64,000 nucleotides of DNA from Arenicellales bacterium (GCA_965202615.1 OZ241837.1:2370894-2434893), one strand, 5' to 3'. Counted from the first letter of the stretch, positions 48,888 through 59,876 are shown. Translations and numbers: made by a program. Notes: generated by a model from the sequence alone, not told the origin.

Positions 48888-51482
48888 TCAAAAGCCCAGG
48901 CGCCAGCCCGCCAGTACGCTAATTGTTGGTTCGGCGGCATCACTGTGCCCCGGATGAAACGACAAACCAGTCGCCAAACGAAAGTCTCCATTGCCGGAGG
49001 GCAGGGCACGGCGCCATTGTGCCACCAGGTCAATCTGTCTCCCAGAGGGCTCAAGATCGGCTGTATAGGAAGATTTGAGCACGTCTCCGTCAACTGTACG
49101 ACCGACCGGTATCGTATAGTCGGCGCGGCCGGATTCGATACGCACCGGTTGAGATAAGGCAAAATTCAAAGTGTCGCGCTCATTGAGTTTTGTTCTGGCC
49201 CGAAAAGCGAAAGCGCTGGTCGTCAGCGGAGACTTTACCGAAAGCAGGCTCTCATCAATGTCGGCAATGGCTGCACCGACTTCGGCGCCGGCGCTCAGGT
49301 GCCACGAACCGATATTTGAATTACCTTCGAGTCCGGCGAATACCGAGTTGCCAGACATTCGGCCGAAAGCTCCGGCAGCAGAACTTCTGAGCAATGACTG
49401 GCGTTCAGCCACGACACCGCTTCGCAATGCGATGTTTCTTTTGGAGGGTCGCGATACGAACTCCATGCCAGCGACTCTCGCCTGGTCTCCGTTGCCTTCG
49501 CTTGAGAACAGACTGAAGCCCAATTTGTCCGAAACCGAGCGGTTGAGTGCAACTGCCTGTCCCAGCAAGGAGAGATGGCCGCCATCGTCGACGAGGTCGG
49601 GTGTATCCATGAGCCCAAGGCTGAATCGGTTCGAATTCAAAGTGGAATGTTCTGCAGGAAGGGCGCCGAGTGTCGGCCGGAAGATTCCGAATTCACGACC
49701 GTTTTCTGTCAAACTCATGAATTTTGTCAATCGCGATTGAATGGACGGGCCGGACCGAGTGCCTGCCAAACTGTCAAGCGAATACCAGAACGGCGCCCCC
49801 AACTGATCAAACGCAACGATTTCCTGATTCGCGAACGATTGAGTCAATCCGTCTCCAAAAGCGGCGCCCAGGTTCAGAGAAGTGCTGTCCAGAGATATGC
49901 CGCCATCACCGACCCGGTTTCCCAGGGCCAGTGTAGAGAATTTGATTGGTGAGACGGCTTTGTCGAGGTCCATCAGCCCTTGACCGTAGATGGCTTGATC
50001 TGCGTACTTTCCGGATTTGTTCGCAGTGGCATAGAGTCGCTTGACCAGATCGGCATTCGAGAGTTGACTCCGAAAGAAATGTTTCATTACACCCAACCCG
50101 CCAGTCACCATTGGGGCTGCGAATGATGTCCCGGCGTATGACCTTGAACTGCGGATGCCTTGCCCTTCGTCTGGTCCGAAATGTGCAGTCCGGATATCTT
50201 CACCTGGAGCAGCGATACACGATTCCCGTGCAATTCCGCAACGGTTGGAGAAACTTGTGATATCTCCATTGCTGTCAACAGCAACGACGGCAATGAGAAC
50301 TTCTTTTAACTCTGGGAATCTGACTGGAAGTCCAGAAAGAACTGAGGCTGATACTGCATTGACTTTCCATGTAACCATCCCTTGATTATCAATCTCTTCA
50401 ACGCAAAGGTCCTTGTGGCCCATGAAGAAGTCAGACTTATCACAAGCGGCACCGTGACCATTGCCGGCCGCCCATACAAAAACTGTTTTGCTGCTTGATC
50501 CGCTCTGCTTTAGCGCATTGACGGTATTGCTGAAATTGGTTGTAAGTTCCGACTTGGTGTACATATCGATAATTGAGCTAAATCCCAGGCTTACATTCAC
50601 GAAGTCCAATGATCGTCCGCTGTTTGACCATCCGGTAACTGCTTTTATGATTGCAGGCCATCCGAGCAGATGGTCCCAAATTTTCAGACTGGATAACGGA
50701 ATTGGAACGAAATTGCCTGCTCCCGAACCGGTTGGTACAGCAAACATCGCAATATCTGCGCCCCACGCTACGCCACGGGTGCCTGTTTTTTGGGTAATGA
50801 AACTTTGACTGGGATTTGCGACCATTATGCCTGCAACTGCCGTGCCGTGCGAACGACGGCTGCCATCTTCGTCTTTCGCGCGTCGCAGTAGTACTGTGAT
50901 GAATTCTTCGGTGACAGTTTTGCCTACGAAAGCCGGATGATCTTGATCTATGCCGGTATCAACCGCACCGAGAGTAATGCCATCACCGGGTGCTGTGCCC
51001 TTACCATGTTTGAGTTCTAATTTGGCCCAGGCATAGTGTGCATTGATTTCTTTCAGTCCCCATAGGTTGGTGAATCCATCGTCGCTTTCGTATGGTGTTT
51101 TAAGTGCTTCGACGTGTGTTCTGTACGCAGTTGCCGTAAGGCAACCTTCGGATGTTGAAACGCAAGGTGCCGGCGGTTGTCGAGACTGCTGAACCGTCGG
51201 TTGTCGAGGCTGCTGAACCGTCGGTTGGGAAGGCTGCTGAACCGTCGGTTGGGAAGGCTGCTGAACTGGCTTTTGGGAAGGTTGCTGAACCGGCTGTTGG
51301 GGAGGTTGCTGAACGGTCGGTGGCGGTTCATCCTGCGGCGGCATCTCATCTTGCGGCGCGGGCGTTGATGCCCCACCACCTCCACCGCCGCAGCCGCTTA
51401 GTGTCAGACTTACCAACAACAGCAGTAGAAAAATTGCTTGGGGTCCGGTGCCAAATGATCTGTCGATCCCTGAAGAACGCAT
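48888..51482 (-). CDS. S8 subtilase lipoprotein with C-terminal beta-barrel, copy 2
   Basis: Same architecture as copy 1, with near-identical N- and C-termini. Confidence 0.9.
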   Translation of the reverse strand: MRSSGIDRSFGTGPQAIFLLLLLVSLTLSGCGGGGGGASTPAPQDEMPPQDEPPPTVQQPPQQPVQQPSQKPVQQPSQPTVQQPSQPTVQQPRQPTVQQSRQPPAPCVSTSEGCLTATAYRTHVEALKTPYESDDGFTNLWGLKEINAHYAWAKLELKHGKGTAPGDGITLGAVDTGIDQDHPAFVGKTVTEEFITVLLRRAKDEDGSRRSHGTAVAGIMVANPSQSFITQKTGTRGVAWGADIAMFAVPTGSGAGNFVPIPLSSLKIWDHLLGWPAIIKAVTGWSNSGRSLDFVNVSLGFSSIIDMYTKSELTTNFSNTVNALKQSGSSSKTVFVWAAGNGHGAACDKSDFFMGHKDLCVEEIDNQGMVTWKVNAVSASVLSGLPVRFPELKEVLIAVVAVDSNGDITSFSNRCGIARESCIAAPGEDIRTAHFGPDEGQGIRSSRSYAGTSFAAPMVTGGLGVMKHFFRSQLSNADLVKRLYATANKSGKYADQAIYGQGLMDLDKAVSPIKFSTLALGNRVGDGGISLDSTSLNLGAAFGDGLTQSFANQEIVAFDQLGAPFWYSLDSLAGTRSGPSIQSRLTKFMSLTENGREFGIFRPTLGALPAEHSTLNSNRFSLGLMDTPDLVDDGGHLSLLGQAVALNRSVSDKLGFSLFSSEGNGDQARVAGMEFVSRPSKRNIALRSGVVAERQSLLRSSAAGAFGRMSGNSVFAGLEGNSNIGSWHLSAGAEVGAAIADIDESLLSVKSPLTTSAFAFRARTKLNERDTLNFALSQPVRIESGRADYTIPVGRTVDGDVLKSSYTADLEPSGRQIDLVAQWRRALPSGNGDFRLATGLSFHPGHSDAAEPTISVLAGWRLGF
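51170..51325. repeat. 24-bp coding tandem repeat (QQPSQPTV)
   Basis: TGCTGAACCGTCGGTTGGGAAGGC-type units, about 6 copies. Confidence 0.85.
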
Positions 51483-51805
51483 TCAATCCTTGAACAATTC
51501 ATCTGAAAGAACAACAATATAAATTCAAAAAATCAATAAAAACGTAACATAAACATGTGAAAAAAGAGATGAACGTTAAATGTCCGGGGGTCCCAAATTT
51601 TTCAGTTCGCTGTGTTACTCAGAAGCGAAACAAATTGACAAGTGAAATAGAATCATGCAATTGGATTAGTCCTGCCAAGGACAGTCACGATGTGATTCGA
51701 TCTGTAAAATCTCTAGAATTTGCACGCATTGCGGGTTGGCGCATCGAATCAATGATGAATGCAGCCAATGAATTAAAATTGGAAACATGACAATCCTGAA
51801 TCAAG

Positions 51806-52441
51806 ATGATTAGAACAGCCACAGGCACCGTAAAACTGGCAAGTCTGTCCCATGCGAGACTGGATGGGTTGCTTGAGATTCTGTGTGCACTTCAAGGGCA
51901 ATTTTTTCCGTATAAGATTGCCGGCAAATTATCCGGATGTGTCGTACAGGCGAATTCACTGACCGAGACTCGCAACAGCGAATTGGGTCGAAACGAGTTG
52001 AATCGAATGGAGTCGGCGCATCCTGTCCAAAGCGGTCAAAAGTTTGAACTATCGCACCAAATGATCACTTTGTTCGCAAATGAATGGCAGCGGGTGAGTG
52101 CGCGCGAGCGCAGCAAATTGCATGAATTGACTGCCGCTTTGGCAAGACAGTCCACCGCGTACGATATCGACAATCTGAACATTCTTCACTTGGTTGAAAA
52201 CCGCAAGTTAAGCCGCTCAATACTCGAATCGAAGCGGGGAACAATTCTGGATATGGTGACCTCCAAGGCTGAAGGTGCAGGTGGGAATGTTGGAAAAATT
52301 GACCCGCAAGACATGTCGCAACCGTGTTCCTGCCGTGGTTCGAAGCCAGGTAAGAAACTGGCTCTGTCTGTTCGGACGTGTAGGCATGAGTTTTCGAATT
52401 TGAAGACGTCGGGATTTCAATTGGCGGTCCTCGCTGCGTAG
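51806..52441 (+). pseudogene. Degenerate IS200/IS605 TnpB C-terminal region
   Basis: LHELTAAL..IDNLNI..NRKLSRSI..KAEGAG..DPQDMSQPCSC..LALSVRT follows the TnpB RuvC/Zn-finger order with residues lost. Confidence 0.65.
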
Positions 52442-52601
52442 AACACTGCACCTTGGATCATCGATGACACTATTCCCTCTTGGGTCGTCCATCAATTATT
52501 CTGTGCATGCTGTTGCTTTGGCGAATCGAGCTTTGCGCAAGATTTTTGTTCGCTGGATTCATTGGAAGGTTTGGAAAACATTTTGACGAGTCGATTTTAA
52601 T

Positions 52602-53117
52602 ATGACTGAATTTGAAGAGATATTTGATGTCGTTGATTCGGACGATCAGGTCATTGGACGTGATACACGCTCGGAAGTTCACAGAAAGAACCTGTTGCAT
52701 CGATCGGTTCACGCCATCGTAATGAACGAATCCGGACAGGTATTCTTGCAACTTCGCGGCCCGCACCGGGATAACAATCCCGATCTATGGGATTCGTCTG
52801 TTGCCGGACACCTGCAATCCGGCGAAGATTACGATCAGGCAATGATTAGAGAAACCGAAGAGGAAATAGGAATTCGGCTGGAGAGACCACCGAAGAAGCT
52901 GTTTAAACTCAAAGCCAGTCCAACAACCGATTACGAGTTCTGCTGGATTTACAAAATTGTGAATGAGGGGCCGTTTGAAATTGATCCCGATGAAGCTGTA
53001 GAAGGGCGCTGGTTTACTCCACAGGAGCTGGATGACTGGATGAAAGCATCTCCGGAAGAGTTGACCGGTTGCTTCAGGTTGATTTGGAAGTTATTCAAGG
53101 AAAAAGAAGAAATATGA
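52602..53117 (+). CDS. NUDIX hydrolase (Idi/YfcD-like)
   Basis: HRSVH motif and Nudix box GHLQSGE..AMIRETEEEIG. Confidence 0.9.
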   Translation: MTEFEEIFDVVDSDDQVIGRDTRSEVHRKNLLHRSVHAIVMNESGQVFLQLRGPHRDNNPDLWDSSVAGHLQSGEDYDQAMIRETEEEIGIRLERPPKKLFKLKASPTTDYEFCWIYKIVNEGPFEIDPDEAVEGRWFTPQELDDWMKASPEELTGCFRLIWKLFKEKEEI

Positions 53118-53872
53118 GAAAACCGTTAATTGGCATAACCAGCTATCACCGAAACGAGGAAGACAGATTCACGATTCCGGCAAAGTATCTGGAGGTCATT
53201 GAGCGCGCGGGCGGTATTGCGGTCGTAATCGCCCCGACTACCGAGGATTTTGACGAGCTCATTGATCGGTTGGATGGTCTGGTATTGACAGGTGGCGCCG
53301 ATATTGATCCGGCTGAGTACGATGGAGAGCAAAAAGAAACGGTGTACGGAATAAACCATGAGCGAGATCGCTATGAGCTGGAATTGGTTCGTCGCACACT
53401 AAAGGTACACTTGCCCACTTTGGCAATCTGCAGAGGATTGCAGCTATTGAATGTCGCACTGGGCGGAACTTTGGTGGAGCACATCCCCGACGAATACGGA
53501 GAGGAAGTCATTCACCGCGGAACGAATCTCAATAAGGTAGAGCATTCGGTTTCGCTTAGTCCAGACTCCCGGTTGGCATCGATCATTGGATCAGCCGAGT
53601 TTGACTGTCCTTCCTATCACCATCAAGCCGTGAGAGATATAGCGTCCGGGTTTCGCGTTGTTGCGCAGTCAAAAGACGGTGTCATTGAAGCAATCGAATC
53701 TGACGAATACCCCGAAGTGATCGCGGTACAGTGGCATCCTGAGTATACTGCGCACACCGACTACTACCAACAGCGGCTATTCGACACCCTGGTTCAATGG
53801 TCTCGAGATCGTGTTCCTGGGACTGGGATGAGCGCTCAAGAGAATTTCGATCGCCCCAAGGTCGTTGCCTGA
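53114..53872 (+). CDS. puuD: Gamma-glutamyl-GABA hydrolase (peptidase C26)
   Basis: LTGGAD, ICRGLQ, HHQA and QWHPE motifs. Confidence 0.85.
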   Translation: MRKPLIGITSYHRNEEDRFTIPAKYLEVIERAGGIAVVIAPTTEDFDELIDRLDGLVLTGGADIDPAEYDGEQKETVYGINHERDRYELELVRRTLKVHLPTLAICRGLQLLNVALGGTLVEHIPDEYGEEVIHRGTNLNKVEHSVSLSPDSRLASIIGSAEFDCPSYHHQAVRDIASGFRVVAQSKDGVIEAIESDEYPEVIAVQWHPEYTAHTDYYQQRLFDTLVQWSRDRVPGTGMSAQENFDRPKVVA

Positions 53873-53911
53873 CGAATCGCGATCAGCGAATCGCCAAACA
53901 TCGCAACATTT

Positions 53912-55195
53912 TTAACCCTGAGAAACTGCGGTGTACTGACTTGATTCAGCGAATGCTCTGCCGACTTCTTCAGCAATGATTTCGATTCCTTTTCTGACCA
54001 TATCTTTATCGCCGGCATAACTGATCCTGATACATTCGTATCGATGGTCCCAGTCTTCGTTCAAGCCGGGAAAGAAATGCCGTCCTGGCACGATATACAC
54101 GTTGCGTTTCTTGAGTCGCTGATAGAGTTCTTCGTCTGAAATTGGCAAGCCTGGAAACCATAACCAGACAAAGAACGCACCTTCCGGGTCATGCAGTTTA
54201 TATGGGATGCCCTGCATTTGCCGGTGAATCACACCGGTCACGTAGTCCTTGAGGTCTTTATAGAAGGGTTGAATAACTTCGTCACTCAGTTTCAGGATCT
54301 CACCGCTTTCGACTGCATTGAGGGCCAACACTGATCCAAAGTTTCCGCTCGCCAACGTCAATATCGCATTGCCGCAGGTAAAAAGTTCAATCACTTCCTC
54401 TGCTGCAATGACGATGCCGGTTCGCGTTCCCGGCAATCCAAGTTTCGAAAGGCTTAAACTCAAGATGATGTTTGGACCCCACTGTACCGTCGCGTCTGTA
54501 AAGACCAGGTTCGGAAATGGCAAACCGTAGGCTCCGTCGATAATCAGCGGCACATCTTGATGCTGTGCCATTGACGCCAGTTGTTGCAGTTCGTTGTCCG
54601 TAATCATGTTGCCAGTTGGATTGGTCGGGCGTGATATACAAATGGCACCGATTTCGTCGGTCATCTGTATCTCGCTGAAATCAACCTTGTATTTGAACGC
54701 GTGTCCGGAAGTTTCGACAATTTTCGGGCGGACTGAACGAAATCGAGGCGCTTCTTCGTCTGCCTCGTTGTAGCCAATGTACTCAGGTGTCATCGGAAGA
54801 AGGATCTGTTTCTGCAAATCGTCTGCATAGCGACCGGAAAAAAGCCGAAACAGGATGGTAAAAGCCATCTGGCTGCCGTTGGTCACTGCGATATTTTCCG
54901 GGCCGATATCCCAGTTGTAAGTATTACGAAGCAACGTAGCAAGCGAACTGGAAAACCTGTTGAGTCCTTTCGGGCCTGCGTAGTTTCCAACCAGTTTCTC
55001 GAATCGGCCCGATTGCATGACCTCGTCCATTTGAGCGCGAAAAAAACGCTCAACTTGCGGGATGTGAGCCGGATTTCCACCACCCAGCATATAGAGTGGA
55101 CGACCCTCCTCAGCAGACGCGTTCCCCAGGTCTTTCATGAGACTGATAATTCCGTATTCGCGGTGAATTCGATCCGCCCAGTTTGAATATTCCAT
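53912..55195 (-). CDS. avtA: Valine--pyruvate transaminase
   Basis: MLGGGNPA, TNGSQ, SRPTNPTGN and SLSKLGLPG motifs. Confidence 0.9.
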   Translation of the reverse strand: MEYSNWADRIHREYGIISLMKDLGNASAEEGRPLYMLGGGNPAHIPQVERFFRAQMDEVMQSGRFEKLVGNYAGPKGLNRFSSSLATLLRNTYNWDIGPENIAVTNGSQMAFTILFRLFSGRYADDLQKQILLPMTPEYIGYNEADEEAPRFRSVRPKIVETSGHAFKYKVDFSEIQMTDEIGAICISRPTNPTGNMITDNELQQLASMAQHQDVPLIIDGAYGLPFPNLVFTDATVQWGPNIILSLSLSKLGLPGTRTGIVIAAEEVIELFTCGNAILTLASGNFGSVLALNAVESGEILKLSDEVIQPFYKDLKDYVTGVIHRQMQGIPYKLHDPEGAFFVWLWFPGLPISDEELYQRLKKRNVYIVPGRHFFPGLNEDWDHRYECIRISYAGDKDMVRKGIEIIAEEVGRAFAESSQYTAVSQG

Positions 55196-55219
55196 GCTAG
55201 TCTCTTTCAGGGAGAGTGA

Positions 55220-57373
55220 TCACGACTCTTGCCCGATTTTTGTGTCGGACACATCAAGCGTAATCAGGTCTGTGAGAATGTTGACGGCTTCATCAACAAA
55301 TACATCACCTATCTGTTCGGATGGATACACTTCGTTTGAAACGGAATCTGCCGGTTCAAGACCAAACAAAGATCGCAGCTCATTGATATAGGCAAGCTGC
55401 TCTTCGCGATCTTCGTCAAGCGTATTCTTTCGCAGCTCCTCGTTCAGACTGACAACTGATGCCGCGGAGCGGTGGAATGTCAACTCGTCTCTTTCAACCA
55501 AAACATTCATCAATGGATTGAGTTCCATACGTATACGATTCAGTCGTCTCAATTCCGGAATTTTGTTTTCGATCTTGTCTTTTTGATGCCACGGATTCGT
55601 CTGTTTTGAAGGTTCGATCACGGATCCCAGAAGGGCGTTTTCCAACGCACGCTCTCCAGAATTCGCAACGGACGCATTGGTGGGGAAAATCACATCCGGC
55701 ACAATGCCGAGATGTTGCGTACTGGTCCCATTGACTCGAAAGAATTGAGCAGTTGAAATTTTCAGTGCACCCAAGTCAATGTCATCATTTCTTGCCAACT
55801 GGTTGAGTGGCCAAATGTTCTGTAAAGTACCTTTGCCGAAGGTTGTTTCTCCTACAACTACGCCGCGACCATAATCCTGTATGGCACCGGCAAAAATCTC
55901 GGAAGCGGAGGCGCTGCGACGATCAACCAAAACCACGAGCGGGCCTTCATAAATGACTTCAATATTGGTATCTTCATACACGTCGAGATTGTTTTCCGAG
56001 TCTTCCACTTGCACGACAGGACCGGAAGGGATGAACATTCCGGTCAGTTGAACTGCCTGCTGAAGAGCGCCGCCACCGTTGCCGCGAAGGTCAATGACCA
56101 CTCCGTCGACTCCCTGATCCCTCAGTTCCGTCAAATGTCTTCTGACATCGCCGGCAGAAGAACTGCTGGTCCCGTCAGAATCAGAGGTGCTCATGAAATT
56201 CGAGTAGAAAGCAGGCAGTTGAATGATTCCGAGTTGCAGAATTTCTCCTTCAGCTTCAATTTCAACGGTCGACTTTTTGGCCATTTGTTCTTCGAGTTTA
56301 ACCTTTTGTCGAACCAGTGCTATGCTCTCGGCACCCGCACCTGGCACTGCATCCTTACGTAGCACTTTCAAATAAACGGTCGTCCCTTTCGGGCCTCTAA
56401 TCAGGTCGACAACATCCTCAAGTCTCCAACCAACGATATCCCTGAAATTGCTTCCATCGCCGTTGCCAACCGCGACAATCCGGTCTCCAACTTGCAGACG
56501 CTTGCTTAAATGTGCCGGTCCGCCAGCGATGATGTCCTGCACAACCGTGTGCTCCCTTTCATTTCTCAGCATCGCGCCAATCCCCTCGATTTCCTGAGAA
56601 ATGCTGATTTTCAGGTTGCTGGAACTGTGCGGAGAGAAAAACTCCGAGTGCGGGTCCAGTTCTTTCAGGTAAGAATTCAAGAATAATTCGATGACGTCAA
56701 AAGCATTGGACATCGCAATCGAGTTTCTGAATCGCTCGTATCGTGAACCAAGGATTTCACTGATCTGCTCTTCCGATTCACCATTGAGCCTCAAGGTCAG
56801 AATGTCATCTTTGACCAGGTGCTTCCAAAGATCGTCCTGTTCTTCTTGATCAAGTGACCAGTTTGAATTGGAACGATCGAGCTTCAGTTCTTGATCCAGG
56901 CTGAAATCGAATGAATAGTCGAGCAAGGAAATCGCGTAATCCGCCCGTTCCTGTACGCGCTGCTGGTAAACCGTGAAGACCTTAAACACTTCATTGAGTT
57001 TGCCTCCCTTCAAATAGTTATCGTAATAGAGGCGGTTGGATTCAAACTCAACGATGTCTGAAGCAAGAAAGTATGCTTTCTGTGGGTCCAATGTCGCAAG
57101 ATATTCCTGCAGGATTTCCTTCGAAAATTCGTTGTTCAGCGGTTTGTTGCGGTAATGGAATTTGTCGGCCAATTTAACTGTTGCCGCGACAACTGATTGA
57201 TGGTGCTTCGTGGTGGCGAGCAAATTTTCAGCTGAAGAAGAGGCGATCGACTGTGTCTCGCTTTGCTGGGATACGGTAATGAAAGTGAAATAGCCGACAA
57301 GTAGCGCGGCAAGCACAAATGCACCGAGATATTTCTTCGAGTTTGTGGGCTTGAGTCGAGTCTGCTTGCTCAT
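55220..57373 (-). CDS. prc: Carboxy-terminal processing protease (Tsp)
   Basis: DPHS, PDZ region GIGA, DLRGNGGG, SASASEI and GKGT motifs. Confidence 0.92.
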   Translation of the reverse strand: MSKQTRLKPTNSKKYLGAFVLAALLVGYFTFITVSQQSETQSIASSSAENLLATTKHHQSVVAATVKLADKFHYRNKPLNNEFSKEILQEYLATLDPQKAYFLASDIVEFESNRLYYDNYLKGGKLNEVFKVFTVYQQRVQERADYAISLLDYSFDFSLDQELKLDRSNSNWSLDQEEQDDLWKHLVKDDILTLRLNGESEEQISEILGSRYERFRNSIAMSNAFDVIELFLNSYLKELDPHSEFFSPHSSSNLKISISQEIEGIGAMLRNEREHTVVQDIIAGGPAHLSKRLQVGDRIVAVGNGDGSNFRDIVGWRLEDVVDLIRGPKGTTVYLKVLRKDAVPGAGAESIALVRQKVKLEEQMAKKSTVEIEAEGEILQLGIIQLPAFYSNFMSTSDSDGTSSSSAGDVRRHLTELRDQGVDGVVIDLRGNGGGALQQAVQLTGMFIPSGPVVQVEDSENNLDVYEDTNIEVIYEGPLVVLVDRRSASASEIFAGAIQDYGRGVVVGETTFGKGTLQNIWPLNQLARNDDIDLGALKISTAQFFRVNGTSTQHLGIVPDVIFPTNASVANSGERALENALLGSVIEPSKQTNPWHQKDKIENKIPELRRLNRIRMELNPLMNVLVERDELTFHRSAASVVSLNEELRKNTLDEDREEQLAYINELRSLFGLEPADSVSNEVYPSEQIGDVFVDEAVNILTDLITLDVSDTKIGQES

Positions 57374-57374
57374 C

Positions 57375-57959
57375 TTAAGTTCTACCAGATTCTAACGATT
57401 GATACGATGCAAGCTGCCCGACCATGTGCAAATCGTGGTCTCTGATTCCTATTGATTCGAGCGTATCGAGTGTTGACATGACGTACTCGATATTGCTGCC
57501 CCGTTGCCCTGTCGCATTTGCAACGATGTCAGCTCTCTGCTCCACACTCAGGTGTCTGACATAGGCAGAATGATGACGTTTGACGACAAACGCAAGTGCC
57601 ATGACCCGACGTCCGTCGTCCAGTTCGATCTTTCTGATGGAAGGTCGGTAGATGTCATTGAGCATCTCGCGGTCTTGCAGATAATCCGCAACGCGGCGTT
57701 GCTGGGATGGTTCGATAAGGTATCCCATTCCGGTGCAGGAACCGCCCAGATCAAGTCCCAGAACCAGTCCTGGCTGTTCTTCAGTCCCTCGATATCGGAC
57801 TGAGTGGATGCATAGCGAACGGTGAAGCCCGTAGATTCTCGCTCGCCGCGATTCGTGATAGGGAAATCCGGGGTTCCACATGAGGGACCCATACCCGAAT
57901 ACCCAGAAATTCTCCAGAGGGAGACTGAATTTCTCATAAATTGTTTTGTCAGCAGGCAC
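57375..57959 (-). CDS. chaC: Glutathione-specific gamma-glutamylcyclotransferase
   Basis: WVFGYGSLMW and RGT...PGLVLGL motifs. Confidence 0.9.
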   Translation of the reverse strand: MPADKTIYEKFSLPLENFWVFGYGSLMWNPGFPYHESRRARIYGLHRSLCIHSVRYRGTEEQPGLVLGLDLGGSCTGMGYLIEPSQQRRVADYLQDREMLNDIYRPSIRKIELDDGRRVMALAFVVKRHHSAYVRHLSVEQRADIVANATGQRGSNIEYVMSTLDTLESIGIRDHDLHMVGQLASYQSLESGRT

Positions 57960-59133
57960 CGATTGAACCTGATATGCTGCGGTCGTAAAGATGCTCGAAA
58001 CCCTCTTGGGACATCACTACCGGGTTGGTGGCGGTCGACGGATCAATCATCGCCATCGAAGCGAATTGATTGATATGGGAGTCATTCACACCCAATTCGG
58101 CCAGAGTATGCGGAATGCCAATTTTTTTGCGCAAATCCAGCACCCAGTCAATGACCGCGTCCGCAGAAGGATTCGACAGGTCGAGATAGCGCGCCAACGC
58201 AGTCAGTCTGTCTTCGATTGACTGACAGTTGAATTCCAGAACGTACGGCATGACGACTGCATTCGTGGTTCCATGATGCGTTCCCAGAATGGATCCGCAA
58301 GGATGACTCAGACTGTGCATGGCACCCAATCCCTTCTGAAAAGCGGTTGCACCCATGGAAGAGGCGACCTGCATTTGCGCGCGTGCCTCAATGTTGGCGC
58401 CGTTCGCACAGGCCGGCTCCAGCCAGTCGCGAACAAGACGCATCCCTTCCAGTGCGATCCCTTGTGCAAGCGGGTGAAAAACCGGACTGCAGTAGGCTTC
58501 AAGATTATGGGACAGCGCATCCATTCCGACCCCGGCTGTCAGTGCAGGCGGCAGGCCCACGGTCACCTCGGGGTCAAGAATTACACAGACCGGCAGCATT
58601 TTCGGGTGAAAAATTATTTTTTTGGTTTGATCGGCGCCATCCGTGATTACCGAAGCCCGACCGACTTCGGAACCGGTGCCGGAAGTCGTTGGTATGGCTA
58701 CGACCGGTACGATGGCATCGGAATTGGCGCGTGTGTACCAGTCCTCCCGGTCCTCGAAATCCCAAATTGGCCGTGTTTGGCCGACCATGAGCGCGATTGC
58801 CTTGGCAACGTCCAGCCCGCTTCCGCCTCCGAGCGCAATGACACCGTTATGAGCATTTTCGCGAAAGGCTTTCACCCCTTCATTGACATTTTCTTCTACC
58901 GGGTTAGGCTGCAAATTTGAAAAAACCGTACAGTGTTCGAGTTCTCGCTGGCATTGATCAAGAATTTGCTTGACCATAGGCAGATTGACCAGACCCGGGT
59001 CTGTCACCAGCAATGGACTGTCGATGCCGAACTCCCGGCAGATTTCCGAGATTTCCGAAACACGACCGGAACCGAATCGCATTGCAGTGGGGTAATGCCA
59101 GTTGTTTACGGAAGAATCACTCCGATAAGTCAT
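57949..59133 (-). CDS. Iron-containing alcohol dehydrogenase
   Basis: GGGSGLD, PTTSGTGSE, DALSH and HHG motifs. Confidence 0.92.
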   Translation of the reverse strand: MTYRSDSSVNNWHYPTAMRFGSGRVSEISEICREFGIDSPLLVTDPGLVNLPMVKQILDQCQRELEHCTVFSNLQPNPVEENVNEGVKAFRENAHNGVIALGGGSGLDVAKAIALMVGQTRPIWDFEDREDWYTRANSDAIVPVVAIPTTSGTGSEVGRASVITDGADQTKKIIFHPKMLPVCVILDPEVTVGLPPALTAGVGMDALSHNLEAYCSPVFHPLAQGIALEGMRLVRDWLEPACANGANIEARAQMQVASSMGATAFQKGLGAMHSLSHPCGSILGTHHGTTNAVVMPYVLEFNCQSIEDRLTALARYLDLSNPSADAVIDWVLDLRKKIGIPHTLAELGVNDSHINQFASMAMIDPSTATNPVVMSQEGFEHLYDRSISGSIGAC

Positions 59134-59463
59134 CTGTTTTGTGCCTAATGTTGTTGAGGTCGGGAGATTGTGTTCGCAACAAATCTCAAAAAATTCCATA
59201 TCAGCTCAACTGTGCAATTGAGCAAGGTAGTTTCAATCTTTTTTTCCCAAGAATAAATAAATGGGACTTATATACTTCATTACGCAGATGCCATTGGATA
59301 GACGGCAAGAAACTCTCTCAAGTCAGTTCAACCGGTCAAACATGAGCGCGCGAACCGTCCGAATCTGCAACATATTCTAATAGAACTTCCCTCCAAAATT
59401 CTCCCCGTTTCCTGCAAACGGTTCACACGCGATCAGATCCTGCAAATTGAGAAATATTTTTTA

Positions 59464-59490
59464 GGGGTGGCTCACCCTGTGAGCCACCCC
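59464..59490. repeat. 12-bp perfect hairpin, probable IS200/IS605 left-end structure
   Basis: GGGGTGGCTCAC-cct-GTGAGCCACCCC, upstream of the tnpB fragment. Confidence 0.6.
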
Positions 59491-59546
59491 ACCTGGATAA
59501 TGGTTGTGTAAGTTAAACAAAAGGACTTGATTTCTCAGCTGCACGG

Positions 59547-59876
59547 ATGATCGCAGACGCCAAACAGACTTATCGCACCGTTCGCTACCGGGTTCGCGCG
59601 AACTCCCGAACAAAATACCACCAAATGTACGGCCTTGCAGGCGCATGCCGCTACGCCTGGAATCACTTTGTCGGAAAACTCCGTGACGAATATGCCTCTT
59701 TTGGTCATTGTCGGTTCGGTTATTTTGACATTTCGAAGCAGTTCACTTTGCTGCGCCGCCATTGCGACCAATGGCTGCAGGAGTATTCATGCAATATCGT
59801 CCGTTTTTCACTCAAACCGATTGAAACTCAGTATAAGAAGTATTTCAATAAATGTGCGCCGCACATATTTCGGTGA
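59547..59876 (+). pseudogene. TnpB N-terminal fragment (HTH_OrfB_IS605-like)
   Basis: RTVRYRV..LAGACRYAWN..QFTLLRR..WLQEY pattern, truncated at 109 aa. Confidence 0.7.

Noticed and set aside
46082-51493. Long antisense and alternate-frame ORFs over the S8 genes
   Set aside because: Shadow ORFs produced by codon bias and coding repeats.
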